Part shown: positions 20,784 to 31,072 of the stretch, piece after piece
How the letters are laid out: every line of letters begins with the position of its first letter
How positions within the stretch are numbered: the first letter of the stretch is position 1
Source of the DNA: Alphaproteobacteria bacterium
GTDB taxonomy: Bacteria > Pseudomonadota > Alphaproteobacteria > MPNO01 > UBA830
Assembly: GCA_965243135.1 (NCBI GenBank)
Contig: OZ251539.1
Coordinates: 5,088,001 to 5,152,000, forward strand
Reading direction: 5' to 3'
DNA length: 64,000 nucleotides
The notes under the pieces: generated by a model
What the model was told of the DNA's origin: nothing
Seen by the model: the letters and a program-made list of their open reading frames with translations, nothing else
Databases searched by the model: none
Program-made: the position numbers and the translations under genes

Positions 20784-22115
20784 ATGCCGGATAGCGGATC
20801 TCTGACCGAGCGCAGCGTCAACACGCTCGAACCCTTCTGGATGCCTTTCACGAGCAATCGGCAGTTCAAGGCCGCGCCCCGCATGATCGTCTCGGCCAAG
20901 GACATGCATTACGTCACGGCCGATGGACGCAGGATCCTCGACGGTTCGGCGGGGCTGTGGTGCGTGAACGCGGGCCATTGCCGGGACAAGATCGTCGAGG
21001 CCGTTCGAACCCAGGTCGGCCGGATGGATTACGCGCCGCCGTTCCAGTCGGGCCATCCCGGCGCGTTCGAGCTCGCCTCGCGGCTCGTCAACATGTTCCC
21101 CGGCGATCTCGACTACGTCTTCTACGGCAACTCCGGTTCGGAAGCCGTCGACACCGCGCTCAAGATCGCGCTCGCGTGGCATCGCGCGCGCGGCGAAGCG
21201 CACCGCACCCGTCTGATCGGCCGCGAACGCGGCTACCATGGAGTCGGATTCGGCGGGATTTCCGTCGGCGGCATGTCCAACAACCGCAAGCAGTTCGGCG
21301 CCATGCTGCCCGGCGTCGACCATCTCCCGCATACCTACGATCGAGAGAAGACCGCGTTCAGCCGCGGACAGCCGGAATGGGGCGCGGAACGCGCCGACGC
21401 GCTGGAGGACCTCGTGTCGCTCCACGACCCTTCGACCATCGCGGCCGTCATCGTGGAACCGGTTGCGGGTTCCACCGGCGTGCTCGTACCGCCGAAGGGA
21501 TACCTGGAAAGGCTCAGGGCGATATGCGACCGCCACGGCATCCTGCTCATCTTCGACGAGGTAATCACGGGTTTCGGAAGGCTGGGCGAGAATTTCGCCG
21601 CGGACTATTTCGGAATCGTCCCGGACATGATGACCATGGCCAAGGGAATGACGAACGGAACCGTGCCCATGTCGGCGGTCGCCGCCCGCAAGGGCGTGTA
21701 CGAGGCTTTCATGCAGGGGCCGCCGGAAGCGATAGAGCTGTTTCACGGATACACCTATTCGGCGCACCCGGTCGCCTGCGCGGCGGCGCTCGCGACGATC
21801 GAGGTCTACGCGGAAGAAGGCCTGATCCAGCGGGCCCGGTCTCTCGCCGGGAAATGGGAAGACGCGCTGCACTCGCTCGGCAGCCTCGCCAACGTGGTCG
21901 ACGTGCGCAACATCGGCCTCATGGGCGCGGTTGAAATCGCGCCCCGGGACGGGGCACCGCGCACCTTCGACATCTTCCTGAAATGCTTCGAAAAAGGCAT
22001 GCACGTCCGGCAGACCGGCGACGTGATCGCCATGTCGCCGCCGCTGATCGTCACCGAAAGCCAGATAGACGAAATGGTGAACGTTCTTGGAGAAGCGATC
22101 CAGGAAACCGATTGA
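20784..22115 (+). CDS. Class III aminotransferase (beta-alanine/omega-amino acid:pyruvate type)
   Basis: FWMPFT.NRQFK, GLWCVNAGH, NSGSEAVDTALK, FDEVITGFGR, AKG. Confidence 0.92.
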   Translation: MPDSGSLTERSVNTLEPFWMPFTSNRQFKAAPRMIVSAKDMHYVTADGRRILDGSAGLWCVNAGHCRDKIVEAVRTQVGRMDYAPPFQSGHPGAFELASRLVNMFPGDLDYVFYGNSGSEAVDTALKIALAWHRARGEAHRTRLIGRERGYHGVGFGGISVGGMSNNRKQFGAMLPGVDHLPHTYDREKTAFSRGQPEWGAERADALEDLVSLHDPSTIAAVIVEPVAGSTGVLVPPKGYLERLRAICDRHGILLIFDEVITGFGRLGENFAADYFGIVPDMMTMAKGMTNGTVPMSAVAARKGVYEAFMQGPPEAIELFHGYTYSAHPVACAAALATIEVYAEEGLIQRARSLAGKWEDALHSLGSLANVVDVRNIGLMGAVEIAPRDGAPRTFDIFLKCFEKGMHVRQTGDVIAMSPPLIVTESQIDEMVNVLGEAIQETD

Positions 22116-22139
22116 CGACATCCCGCTTGGAGATCGACC

Positions 22140-22967
22140 ATGAAAATTCTCATCGTTCTCGCGGCCGGCGCGCTGGCGGTCGGCTGCGCCGGCCCGCAAC
22201 TCCCGGCGGCGGAAAAAGCCGTTCCGAAGGGCGACGCGTTTTCCAAGGCGCTCCACGCCGAATACGTCGGCCTCTCGCGGAGCGAATACGCCGAAGGCGA
22301 CTATGCCGATTCCGACCTCTTCGCGAACCGCGCCATCGCGGCCGCCGGCGGCGCGCACGCGCAGCCGGAACCCGTTTCCTCCCGGAAGCAGGGCGAGAAG
22401 GAAGCGGCGGCGCTCGAGGCCGCGCGGAAGCGCCTCGTCGCGGCTCTTGCCGGAGACGCGCCGAAACGCCGACCTGCCGACTCGGCCCGGGCGCAGGCCA
22501 GCTACGAATGCTGGGCTCAGGAGCAGGAGGAGAATTTCCAGCCCGGCGACATCGACGCCTGCCGCATCCGTTTCTTCGCCGCGCTTGCCGCGATGGAGCA
22601 GAAACCCCCGCCTCCCCCCAAGCCGAAACCCCCGCCCCTGACTTTTCTGGTCTATTTCGACGTCGGAAAGTCCGGCATCGACGCCGCGGCGAAATCGGTC
22701 ATGGAAACCGCCGCCGGAGTTGTCGCCGACACCAAGCCGTCCGTCGTGTCCGTGGTCGGCCACGCCGATCGGGCAGGCGGCGAGGGATACAACATGGATC
22801 TGTCGGAGAGGCGCGCGAACATGGTGGCGAACGCGCTCGCGAAGGCCGGCGTCGCGGGCGGGCTGTTGTCGATCAGCGCGTTGGGCGAACACGCGCCGGC
22901 CGTGCCGACGGCGGACGGCGTCGCCGAATCCGGCAACCGCCGGGTGGAAATCGGGCTGCGCTATTAG
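22140..22967 (+). CDS. OmpA family lipoprotein
   Basis: Lipobox-like AVGC, Pro linker, GHADR.G...N..LS.RRA, NRRVEI. Confidence 0.9.
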   Translation: MKILIVLAAGALAVGCAGPQLPAAEKAVPKGDAFSKALHAEYVGLSRSEYAEGDYADSDLFANRAIAAAGGAHAQPEPVSSRKQGEKEAAALEAARKRLVAALAGDAPKRRPADSARAQASYECWAQEQEENFQPGDIDACRIRFFAALAAMEQKPPPPPKPKPPPLTFLVYFDVGKSGIDAAAKSVMETAAGVVADTKPSVVSVVGHADRAGGEGYNMDLSERRANMVANALAKAGVAGGLLSISALGEHAPAVPTADGVAESGNRRVEIGLRY

Positions 22968-23002
22968 GCGGGTGCCGCCGCGCCGCCCCTCGGAGCCGGG
23001 CC

Positions 23003-23836
23003 TTGCCGAAGAAGCTGAGCGCGAAAGATCTTCTGCGCGCGGAGCGCGACGGGTGCGTGTTCCCCGTCCGCGTCCTGTCGGCGGAACGGGCCGCCGCCTG
23101 CCGCGCGGTCTATGAAGACGTGGAGGCGCGCCAGGGCAGGGACGTCCCCGAAACCCTGTCCGTCAAGCCGCACGTCCTTTTTCGCTGGCTTTTCGAGCTC
23201 GGGACCACGCCGGCGCTGCTCGACGCGATCGAGGATCTGATCGGCCCCGACATCCTGATGACCACCTCGGCGATCTGGGCCAAGCGCGCGCGGGATCCGC
23301 GCTTCGTCACCTGGCATCAGGATTCCGCGTATTTCGGCTACGATCCGGTGGACGTGTGGAGCGCCTGGATCGCGCTCACTGACAGCAGGGCGGACAACGG
23401 CTGCCTGCGCTACCTGCCGGGATCGCACCGGAATCCCGAGATGGCGCACGAAGAAACCTGGGACAGGATGAACATGCTGTCCCGCGGCCAGCGCATCGTC
23501 GACGAATTCGACGAGTCGCGCGCCGTCGACGCGGAGCTCGATCCCGGGGAATGCGCGCTGCACCATTTCCGGCTGGCGCATTCGTCGGAACCCAACCCGT
23601 CCGACCGGCGGCGCATCGGCATCCTGTTCGTGTTCTGCCCGCCCCGCGTGCGGCCGACGCTCGATCTCGACGCCGCCTTGCTGGTGCGCGGCGAGGATCG
23701 GTACGGCCACTGGAGGCCGGACCCGCTTCCGGAGCGCGATCTCGACCCCGCCTGCCTCGACTATTACAACGCCTTTTTGGCCAGCTACGCCGATCCGGAA
23801 ACGCGCTCCGAGGTCGAACGCAAGACGGCCGGCTGA
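23003..23836 (+). CDS. Phytanoyl-CoA dioxygenase (PhyH) family Fe/2OG enzyme
   Basis: WHQD, WIALTD...NGCL..LPGSH, H.S.PN.S.RRRIG; TTG start with GGAG RBS. Confidence 0.9.
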   Translation: MPKKLSAKDLLRAERDGCVFPVRVLSAERAAACRAVYEDVEARQGRDVPETLSVKPHVLFRWLFELGTTPALLDAIEDLIGPDILMTTSAIWAKRARDPRFVTWHQDSAYFGYDPVDVWSAWIALTDSRADNGCLRYLPGSHRNPEMAHEETWDRMNMLSRGQRIVDEFDESRAVDAELDPGECALHHFRLAHSSEPNPSDRRRIGILFVFCPPRVRPTLDLDAALLVRGEDRYGHWRPDPLPERDLDPACLDYYNAFLASYADPETRSEVERKTAG

Positions 23837-25243
23837 ATGGCGGATCTCCGCTCCTATCTGAAGGAAATCGACAACGCGATTTTCCGGCCCGCCGAACCGC
23901 TCTCGGTCGTCGAGGAGATCACCGCCCTGCAGCACGTGATGGCGGCCCGGAACGTCGACCCGGCCATTTTCGTCCGCCGTCCCCGCATGCCCGGAGGGGA
24001 GATCGGCGAAATCCCGGTGCTGACCAATCTCTTCGCCAGCCGGGAGATGGCGGCGAGGGCGCTCGGCATCGAAGACCATCGCCAGGCCGCGAAAATCCTG
24101 TCGAGGACGGCGTCGAAGTCCGTCGCGCCGGTCGCGGTCGCGCCTGACGGCGCTCCGGTGCGGGAAATCGTCGACCGGAATCCGGACCTCGCGAGTCTGC
24201 CCGCGCTTCGCCAGCATGCCGGCGACGCCGGTCGCTACGTCACCTGCGGGCACGTGGTGACCTTCGATCCCGACAGCGGCATCGACAACATGGGCATCCA
24301 GCGGCTGTGGATACGCGGGCCGCGGCTGATGGGCTGCTACATGCTGGAAACCTCCCACAACGCGATCAATCTCAGAAAGTTCTGGGCGCGGGGCGAACCC
24401 TGCCCGGTCGCCGTGTGGATCGGCCATCACCCGGCCGTCGAAATGGGAGCTCAGGCCAAGCTCGGTTATCCCGAGAGCCACTGGAAGGCGGCCGGCGGAG
24501 CGGCGGGCGAGCCGTTGCGCCTCGTTCCCACCGTGACCCACGGCGAGCGCATCATGGTGCCGGCGGACGCGGAAATCGTCATCGAAGGCTTCCTGCCCGC
24601 GGGACGCATCGAAGCGGAGGGGCCGTTCGCGGAGTTCACCGGGTATCAGGGACCGCAGATCCCGAATCCGGTGATCGAGGTCGCCTGCGTCACGCGCCGC
24701 GCCGACGCCATCTATCACGATTGCGGGTCCGGTCTCGCCGACCATCTGGTGCCGGACAACCTCGCGATGGAAGGTTATCTGTATTCCCTCGCGCGCACCG
24801 TCGCTCCGTCGCTGATCAACGTGCACGTGCCGGTATCGGGCCGGCGTTTCCACGCTTATCTTCAATTCGATTCGCCGAGGCCGGGAGAAGCGCGCGACGC
24901 GATGATGGCCGCGATCGCGTTCCGCCGCCTGAAGGCGGTATTCGCCTTCGACGAGGACATCGATCCGTTCGACGACCGTCAGGTGATGTGGGCGATCGCG
25001 ACGCGGGTGCAGTGGCATCGGGACTTCATGCGCCTCGACGGGCTGACGCTGGCGCCGCTCGATCCGTCCGCGCCGGCCGCGGGCGCGACGATCGCCAAGG
25101 CGGCGATCGACGCGACTCTTCCTCCGGCCGCCGGACCGGGGCTGCCCAAGCCGGTTCCGCCCCGCAATCGCGTCTCCGACGAGGCGCTGGCGACGGCCGC
25201 CGCCGCGCTCGACGGAATCGACGCGACGGAGTGGCCGCGATGA
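23837..25243 (+). CDS. UbiD family prFMN-dependent (de)carboxylase
   Basis: N.GIQR, VPADAEIVIEG, EGPFAEFTGY, DEDIDP....V.WAIATR. Confidence 0.92.
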   Translation: MADLRSYLKEIDNAIFRPAEPLSVVEEITALQHVMAARNVDPAIFVRRPRMPGGEIGEIPVLTNLFASREMAARALGIEDHRQAAKILSRTASKSVAPVAVAPDGAPVREIVDRNPDLASLPALRQHAGDAGRYVTCGHVVTFDPDSGIDNMGIQRLWIRGPRLMGCYMLETSHNAINLRKFWARGEPCPVAVWIGHHPAVEMGAQAKLGYPESHWKAAGGAAGEPLRLVPTVTHGERIMVPADAEIVIEGFLPAGRIEAEGPFAEFTGYQGPQIPNPVIEVACVTRRADAIYHDCGSGLADHLVPDNLAMEGYLYSLARTVAPSLINVHVPVSGRRFHAYLQFDSPRPGEARDAMMAAIAFRRLKAVFAFDEDIDPFDDRQVMWAIATRVQWHRDFMRLDGLTLAPLDPSAPAAGATIAKAAIDATLPPAAGPGLPKPVPPRNRVSDEALATAAAALDGIDATEWPR

Positions 25244-25434
25244 CTTTCGAAAAAACCGGATCCGCCGTATGGACGCAGTGTCCCGCCTGCGGCCACTGGT
25301 TCCACGTTTCGCCCGCGCTGCTGCGCATGGAAACGGTCGACCTGATTTGTCCAGGCTGCGGCGGCGCGTTCCGGCCGGGCGAGGCAAACGCCATCGCCGG
25401 AGATCGCCGCTCCGGAACCGCAGCGGACCGGTAA
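25240..25434 (+). CDS. Small zinc-ribbon protein (64 aa)
   Basis: ATGA overlap with UbiD stop; CPAC...CPGC. Confidence 0.7.
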   Translation: MTFEKTGSAVWTQCPACGHWFHVSPALLRMETVDLICPGCGGAFRPGEANAIAGDRRSGTAADR

Positions 25435-26069
25435 GCTGGACCGGGGCGTCCGTCCGTTGACTCGCCCGATGCGGAGCGGAAAGAAGAATGACCCTAACCG
25501 GACAAACCTGCCCGTTCTTCGACGACAACCTCTATCGGAAAGGCAAAGCGCTGTCCCCGGAACCGCCCGGCGCATGACGTTTCAGAGTGCCAACCGCGGA
25601 GCGTGCAGGTTCTTCAAGCTCCGCTGCTCGGCGGCCGACTTGCGGCGGGTGCAAGGAATGCCGCCGGGATGCCAAGCGTGGTCCGCCCCCTGCCAATGGC
25701 TGCCCGCGCACAGTTGGTCACCTGGATCTGTGACGCCACGACCAGATATCCCTCTTTTGCTCTGGCGATTGATCGACCGGGCGCTTCTTGCGAACCTGCC
25801 GGCCAACGGACAGAGCGAACCACGGGATACCGACTGGCGGAAATTGCCGAAAAGCGGCATAGCGCCACCGCATCCTCGGTCTCTAGGGCAGTAAATACAA
25901 GATATTACGTTCCGATAAAAGTATCATGCAGAAGACAGTGTAGAATAGGCGTAGAATAGGCGTCGTGGCAAGCTCTAATGGTGCGGTAGCAAAACCCAAC
26001 ATAGGCTTTGACATTAGGTGTAAATCGAGATATGTAGAATGGTCGATCACGCCAAAGGGAGAATAATCG

Positions 26070-27050
26070 TTGTCTAGGGTTTTCAAGATTTTCTCAAAAA
26101 CGTTCGCGTTTCTGATCGAAGAAATCGATACCATTTGGTACGTTATTGGATTTATCTCCACAATCATTTGCTTTGGGATTGCTTATACATTACTCACACC
26201 TATCGGTCATGGAGTAGGAGAAGGCCTCAAGCCGCTTCCCGAGGTTACACTGTCTACTGGTATCTATTTTAGCGTTATTACGATTTCCTCGTTAGGTTAC
26301 GGAGACGTCCACCCCGTCGGATATTCAAAAATCCTTGCCAGCATAGAAGTTCTTATGGGTATCACGATTATCGGAATTTTGATTGCCAAAATCACATCGC
26401 GGCGCGTTTCTCATCATGTCACGCGCCTTTTTATTTCCGATTCTAGGAAACGGCTTGAAGATCTTGGAATAAAATTTGATAATTGTCGAAAAATTCTGAA
26501 TTTTCTTTCCTTGGAGTTCGAGAAGAACTTTGTGCAGCCCCCTTGGCCGGATTCGGAGTTTCAACACCGCTCATCCGCCCTTGATCCAAGTAGAAAACAA
26601 GAAATGAAATCGAAATTTCAGACAGCGCTTGATGATTTGCACACGGCTTCCGAAGAGATTTTTGATTATTTTCAAGCTGAAGTTCGTCAAGATAGCAAAT
26701 ACTTCAGGCTTATTCCATCAATTGTATTGGAGCGAACTGGAAAGGATATCGTAGAAGCGCTGTGGGCTCTCGGGCAATTAATATCGGAATTGCCAACGCG
26801 AGCTAGATCTGAGATTCTTGATTTTCGCAACAGACGAAGAATTTCGGAAACCATTGATTTACAAAAGAAAACATACGAGTTGACTAAGCAGTACGTTAAT
26901 GCTAATTCTGGCTTGAGCATCTTTCGAGAAATTATGGATACTTGCGATCATATTCCAAAAGGCTATTTCCAAGTGCCGGAGGAGGAGCAACCTGATCAAT
27001 TGTTGCCTGCTGTCGATGAACCTCAGGAGGTCGCAACTGAAGCCGAGTGA
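26070..27050 (+). CDS. Potassium-channel pore-domain protein with C-terminal helical domain
   Basis: TM-YFSVITISSLGYGD-TM selectivity-filter signature; AT-rich. Confidence 0.85.
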   Translation: MSRVFKIFSKTFAFLIEEIDTIWYVIGFISTIICFGIAYTLLTPIGHGVGEGLKPLPEVTLSTGIYFSVITISSLGYGDVHPVGYSKILASIEVLMGITIIGILIAKITSRRVSHHVTRLFISDSRKRLEDLGIKFDNCRKILNFLSLEFEKNFVQPPWPDSEFQHRSSALDPSRKQEMKSKFQTALDDLHTASEEIFDYFQAEVRQDSKYFRLIPSIVLERTGKDIVEALWALGQLISELPTRARSEILDFRNRRRISETIDLQKKTYELTKQYVNANSGLSIFREIMDTCDHIPKGYFQVPEEEQPDQLLPAVDEPQEVATEAE

Positions 27051-27113
27051 TTTAAGTGTGAACGACCAGCGCTGTGATCTTACGTCACCTCACCGCAACT
27101 TTGGAGATCTAAA

Positions 27114-27464
27114 ATGCAACTGAACTGGATGAAATGTCGACGCGACATTTGGTGCAGATTGAATTTGGTCAATTTGGAGCATCGGCATTTTGAAAATAAA
27201 CAGGGAGTTTACATCATCTGGCACGGTGGCGAAAGATCAAGAGTGGTTTATGTCGGCCAAGGAAACATTAGGGAGCGTTTAGAATATCATCGGGCGAACC
27301 CGGAAATACAAAAATATGAAAATTTGGATCTTTACGTCACCTGGGCATCTGTAATAGAGAAATATCGTGATGGGATCGAAAGGTATTTGACGGACTATTG
27401 GCGGCCTTTGGTCGGCGATAATTTTCCAAATAGCCCTCCAATAGAGGTGAATTCTCCATGGTGA
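27114..27464 (+). CDS. Stand-alone GIY-YIG-like nuclease
   Basis: GVYII...VVYVGQG.IRERL..H...E; GGAG RBS. Confidence 0.75.
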   Translation: MQLNWMKCRRDIWCRLNLVNLEHRHFENKQGVYIIWHGGERSRVVYVGQGNIRERLEYHRANPEIQKYENLDLYVTWASVIEKYRDGIERYLTDYWRPLVGDNFPNSPPIEVNSPW

Positions 27465-27696
27465 AATTTCTACGCTAACAAAGCCGCCACTCCTTATCAA
27501 ATTTGAGGCCAACGGAAACTGTCTGCAATCCCTGCCGCGAGGGCAGGATGAATCGGCCGGTGATTCAAAATGCAACGGTGTCGGAGACCGTCGCCGCAGG
27601 GAATACGAGCCGGCTGACCCAAGATCGAGTTCATTGCATTCCAATCACGTCGAACGAGAAAGCCGAAAACCTTATCGTGATTAGAGAATCCCGCGA

Positions 27697-28173
27697 ATGA
27701 GCGCTGCGAAAAACCAGGAATACGAACCTAACATCGAGAAGCTCGCGTTCGGAAACTTGCTTTTCGACATCGCGAGAGCCGTGCGGGACATGCCCGGCGA
27801 TCAATACGGGAAATTCGTGAAAGGAGAGCTGCGCCTGACGATTTCCTTCGAGGAGAAAGATCGCCCGTCACGACCCGTCAAACCGGGATGCTCCTCCGCC
27901 GGTGTCGTTCCTGAACGGGAGCTGCAGCGCATTCGAGCAAAGTTGGACCTAGCGCAAAGTCGTGAGGACGGCCATCGAATCGTACTCGATGCTTTTCCCG
28001 AGAGAGAGCGGTTGTTCGCCTTTGCAGGATTTTTGGATCTGCCGGTTCGAAAAGGAGACAAAGCCGAAAATGTCCGCGAGAAAATCGTGGCGTTTACGGT
28101 CGGTCGGCGTCTGTCCGGTGAGGCGATACGCGGCGGCTTTACCGCCAGCTCTGGCCGGTTCGCGCGCGAGTGA
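27697..28173 (+). CDS. Hypothetical protein
   Basis: Protein-like 158-aa ORF ending LDLPV...REKIV..TVG.RL...AI; co-oriented with islet genes. Confidence 0.65.
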   Translation: MSAAKNQEYEPNIEKLAFGNLLFDIARAVRDMPGDQYGKFVKGELRLTISFEEKDRPSRPVKPGCSSAGVVPERELQRIRAKLDLAQSREDGHRIVLDAFPERERLFAFAGFLDLPVRKGDKAENVREKIVAFTVGRRLSGEAIRGGFTASSGRFARE

Positions 28174-28531
28174 CGCAGATTTCGCGGGGCCGGGCCGCTT
28201 CGCGTCTTGCGCGGAACGGCGGGATGAAGCGCTTGCGTAGAGCGCATCAACGGCGCAACGGCAGTTCCCGCCTTCGATGCCCTGCCCAGTGCCGGACGGC
28301 CGGGAAACGCTCCATGACCTGCCAACCTAAATCCACCTTTGCAGTGGCGCCCTCGAAACGACAACGAAGGTTCCGGCCGACGGCGGCAGCTCCCGCGTTC
28401 GCCGGCCGCCGCGCCGCATTCCTTCGGCGCGGCGATTCCGGCAACGTCTACGGCCGAAATCCGGCGCGCCTTGCGGAACCTCGCGTCGCATGCTATCCGC
28501 CTGACGAAGGCACGCAGATCGGAGACCGGCC

Positions 28532-29539
28532 GTGAAGCTCGACATCTTCAACCATGTCTTCCCGGTTCCGTTCTTCGAACGGATGCAGGAAGTGCTGACC
28601 GACACCGGCCCGATCAAGCGCTGGTTGAACATCCCCGTGCTTTACGACATCGACGCCCGCATGAGAATGATGGACGAGTTCGGCGAGGATTACCGTCAGG
28701 TGATCAGCCTTTCGGCGCCGACCATCGAGTTCCTTGGAACCCCCGAAGAGACGCCGCTCCTGGCCCGGCTCGCCAACGACGGCATGGCGGACATCTGCCG
28801 CGCGCATCCGGACAGGTTTCCCGCGTTCGTCGCGTCGTTGCCGATGAACAATCCGGACGAGGCGGCGCGCGAAATCGAACGCGCGACCGGCGAGCTGGGC
28901 GCTCGCGCCGTGCAGGTGTTCACCAACGTCAACGGGGAACCGCTCGACCTGCCCAAGTACTATCCGGTGTTCGAAACCGCGGCGCGGCTCGACGTTCCGA
29001 TCTTCCTGCATCCGGCGCGCGGGCCGAACTTTCCCGACTACCTGACCGAGGACAAGTCCGAATTCGAGATCTGGTGGACCTTCGGCTGGACATACGAAAG
29101 CTCGGCCGCCATGGCGCGGCTGGTGTTCTCGCGGTTGTTCGACAAGCTCCCCGGCATCAAGATTCTCACGCACCATCTGGGCGCGATGATCCCTTATGTC
29201 GAGGGGCGGGTCGGCTACGGACAGGATCAGCTCGGTTCGCGCACTCCGGGCGACGCGCTCGTCCGGCTGCGCGAGAGCCTCGAAAAGCGCCCGATCGACT
29301 ATTTCCGGATGTTCTACGCCGACACCGCGACCTTCGGTTCGCTCGGCGCCATGCGATGCGGCATAGACTTCTTCGGACCGGAACGCTGCATGTTCGCGTC
29401 CGACTGCCCCTTCGACCCCGAAGGCGGCCCTCTCTACATCCGGGAAACCATCCGGTGCGTCGACAATGCGGGGCTCGGCGACCGCGCGCTGGCCGGCGTC
29501 TATGCCGACAATGCGCGCAAGTTTCTGAAGCTCGACTGA
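28532..29539 (+). CDS. Amidohydrolase_2 family protein (possible decarboxylase)
   Basis: D.FNH, LHP, HHLG, ASDCPF, NA. Confidence 0.9.
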   Translation: MKLDIFNHVFPVPFFERMQEVLTDTGPIKRWLNIPVLYDIDARMRMMDEFGEDYRQVISLSAPTIEFLGTPEETPLLARLANDGMADICRAHPDRFPAFVASLPMNNPDEAAREIERATGELGARAVQVFTNVNGEPLDLPKYYPVFETAARLDVPIFLHPARGPNFPDYLTEDKSEFEIWWTFGWTYESSAAMARLVFSRLFDKLPGIKILTHHLGAMIPYVEGRVGYGQDQLGSRTPGDALVRLRESLEKRPIDYFRMFYADTATFGSLGAMRCGIDFFGPERCMFASDCPFDPEGGPLYIRETIRCVDNAGLGDRALAGVYADNARKFLKLD

Positions 29540-29552
29540 GGGGCGACGGATC

Positions 29553-31019
29553 GTGCGACCGCTATCCAATGCCGGCCAGAGATTCGCTTACGAGGATCTC
29601 CGCGAATGGATCGAACAGGCGGATCGCCTGGGCGAACTCAGGCGCGTCAACGGCGCCTCTTGGGAGAAGGACATCGGTCTGGCGGCGGAGGTGGTGATCC
29701 GCGACGAAAACGGACCTGCGGTGCTGTTCGACGAGGTGCCCGGCTGCCCGGCGGGATACCGCGTGCTCATCAACGTCTTCGGCGGCGTGCGGCGCAACAT
29801 GACGCTTGGCTTCCCGGACCATCTGACGCGGCAGGAACTGTCGGACGCCTGCTTCGAATCGTTCGTCAGGGACCGCCGGACGATCCCGCACGTCGTCGTC
29901 GAGGACGGACCGGTGTTCGAGAACGTCCTGACGGGCGACGACATCGACCTCATGAAGTTTCCCACGCCGCTCTGGCACCCGGGCGACGGCGGGCGCTACA
30001 TCGGCACCGGAACCTACACGGTGACGCGGGACCCGGAGGAAGGCTGGCTCAACTGCGGCGCCTACCGGGCCATGGTTCACGACCGCAAATCCGTCGGCTG
30101 CCTCATGGTGACGGGCAAGCACGGATACGTCCATCGCAACAAGTACTGGGCGGAGGGCAAGCCGTGTCCGGTCGCGATGGTCGTCGGGGGCGAACCGGTG
30201 GCCTTCTTCAACGGCGGAGCCGAAGCGCCCTGGGGGGTCTTCGAACTCGACATTGTCGGCGGCATCCGCGGAAAGGCGGTGGAATGCGTGGAGGGCAAGG
30301 TTACGGGCCTGCCCTTTCCGGCGAACGCCGAGATCGTCTTCGAGGGTCATCTCTATCCGGACAAGGTGAAGAACGAAGGCCCGTTCGGCGAATGGACGGG
30401 GTATTACGCGAGCGGCGAGCGGCCGCAGCCGGTGCTCGAGGTCGAGGCCGTCTATCACCGCAACGATCCGATCATCCTCGGCGTTCCGCCGATGGGCCGG
30501 GGGTCGGACGAAATGGCGCGGTACCGCGCCGTGTTGCGCTCCGCCATGCTCAAGCAGAATCTCGCCGATGCCGGCGTGCCCGACGTGACCGGGGTCTGGT
30601 GCCACGAGATAGGCGCGTCGCGCCTGTTTCACGGGATCTCGATCAGGCAGCGCTATCCCGGTCACTCGAAACAGGCCGGCCATATCGCGGCGCAGTGCCG
30701 CGCCGCCAACTACGCCAACCGTTTCGTCGTGATCGTCGACGACGACATCGACGTCACGAATCTCGACGAACTGATCTGGGCGATGTGCACGCGATGCGAC
30801 CCGGCGACCTCGATCGACATCGTCCGCGGCGCATGGACCTCGCCGGCCGACCCGCGCGTCGATCCCGTAGAAAAGGCTCGCGGAAACGTAACCAACAGCC
30901 GGGCGGTGATCGACGCTTGCAAGCCGTTTCACTGGAAGGACGAGTACGCGCCGGTCAACGCGCCCGACGCGGAAACCCTGCGCGAAGCGCGGGAACGATT
31001 CGGCTACCTGATGGAGTGA
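29553..31019 (+). CDS. UbiD family prFMN-dependent (de)carboxylase
   Basis: DLREWI, DGGRYIGT, N.G.YR, EGPFGEWTGYY, VDDDID, WAMCTRCDP. Confidence 0.93.
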   Translation: MRPLSNAGQRFAYEDLREWIEQADRLGELRRVNGASWEKDIGLAAEVVIRDENGPAVLFDEVPGCPAGYRVLINVFGGVRRNMTLGFPDHLTRQELSDACFESFVRDRRTIPHVVVEDGPVFENVLTGDDIDLMKFPTPLWHPGDGGRYIGTGTYTVTRDPEEGWLNCGAYRAMVHDRKSVGCLMVTGKHGYVHRNKYWAEGKPCPVAMVVGGEPVAFFNGGAEAPWGVFELDIVGGIRGKAVECVEGKVTGLPFPANAEIVFEGHLYPDKVKNEGPFGEWTGYYASGERPQPVLEVEAVYHRNDPIILGVPPMGRGSDEMARYRAVLRSAMLKQNLADAGVPDVTGVWCHEIGASRLFHGISIRQRYPGHSKQAGHIAAQCRAANYANRFVVIVDDDIDVTNLDELIWAMCTRCDPATSIDIVRGAWTSPADPRVDPVEKARGNVTNSRAVIDACKPFHWKDEYAPVNAPDAETLREARERFGYLME

Positions 31020-31072
31020 ACGGCGTCGCGGGCCCGCTCCGGCCGGCGCATTGAAAGGAAATCCCGGCGTTC

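Noticed and set aside
25480-25580. NRT-NLPVLR text resembling a DNA methyltransferase N-terminus
   Set aside because: Too short, with no downstream DPPF or FxGxG motifs
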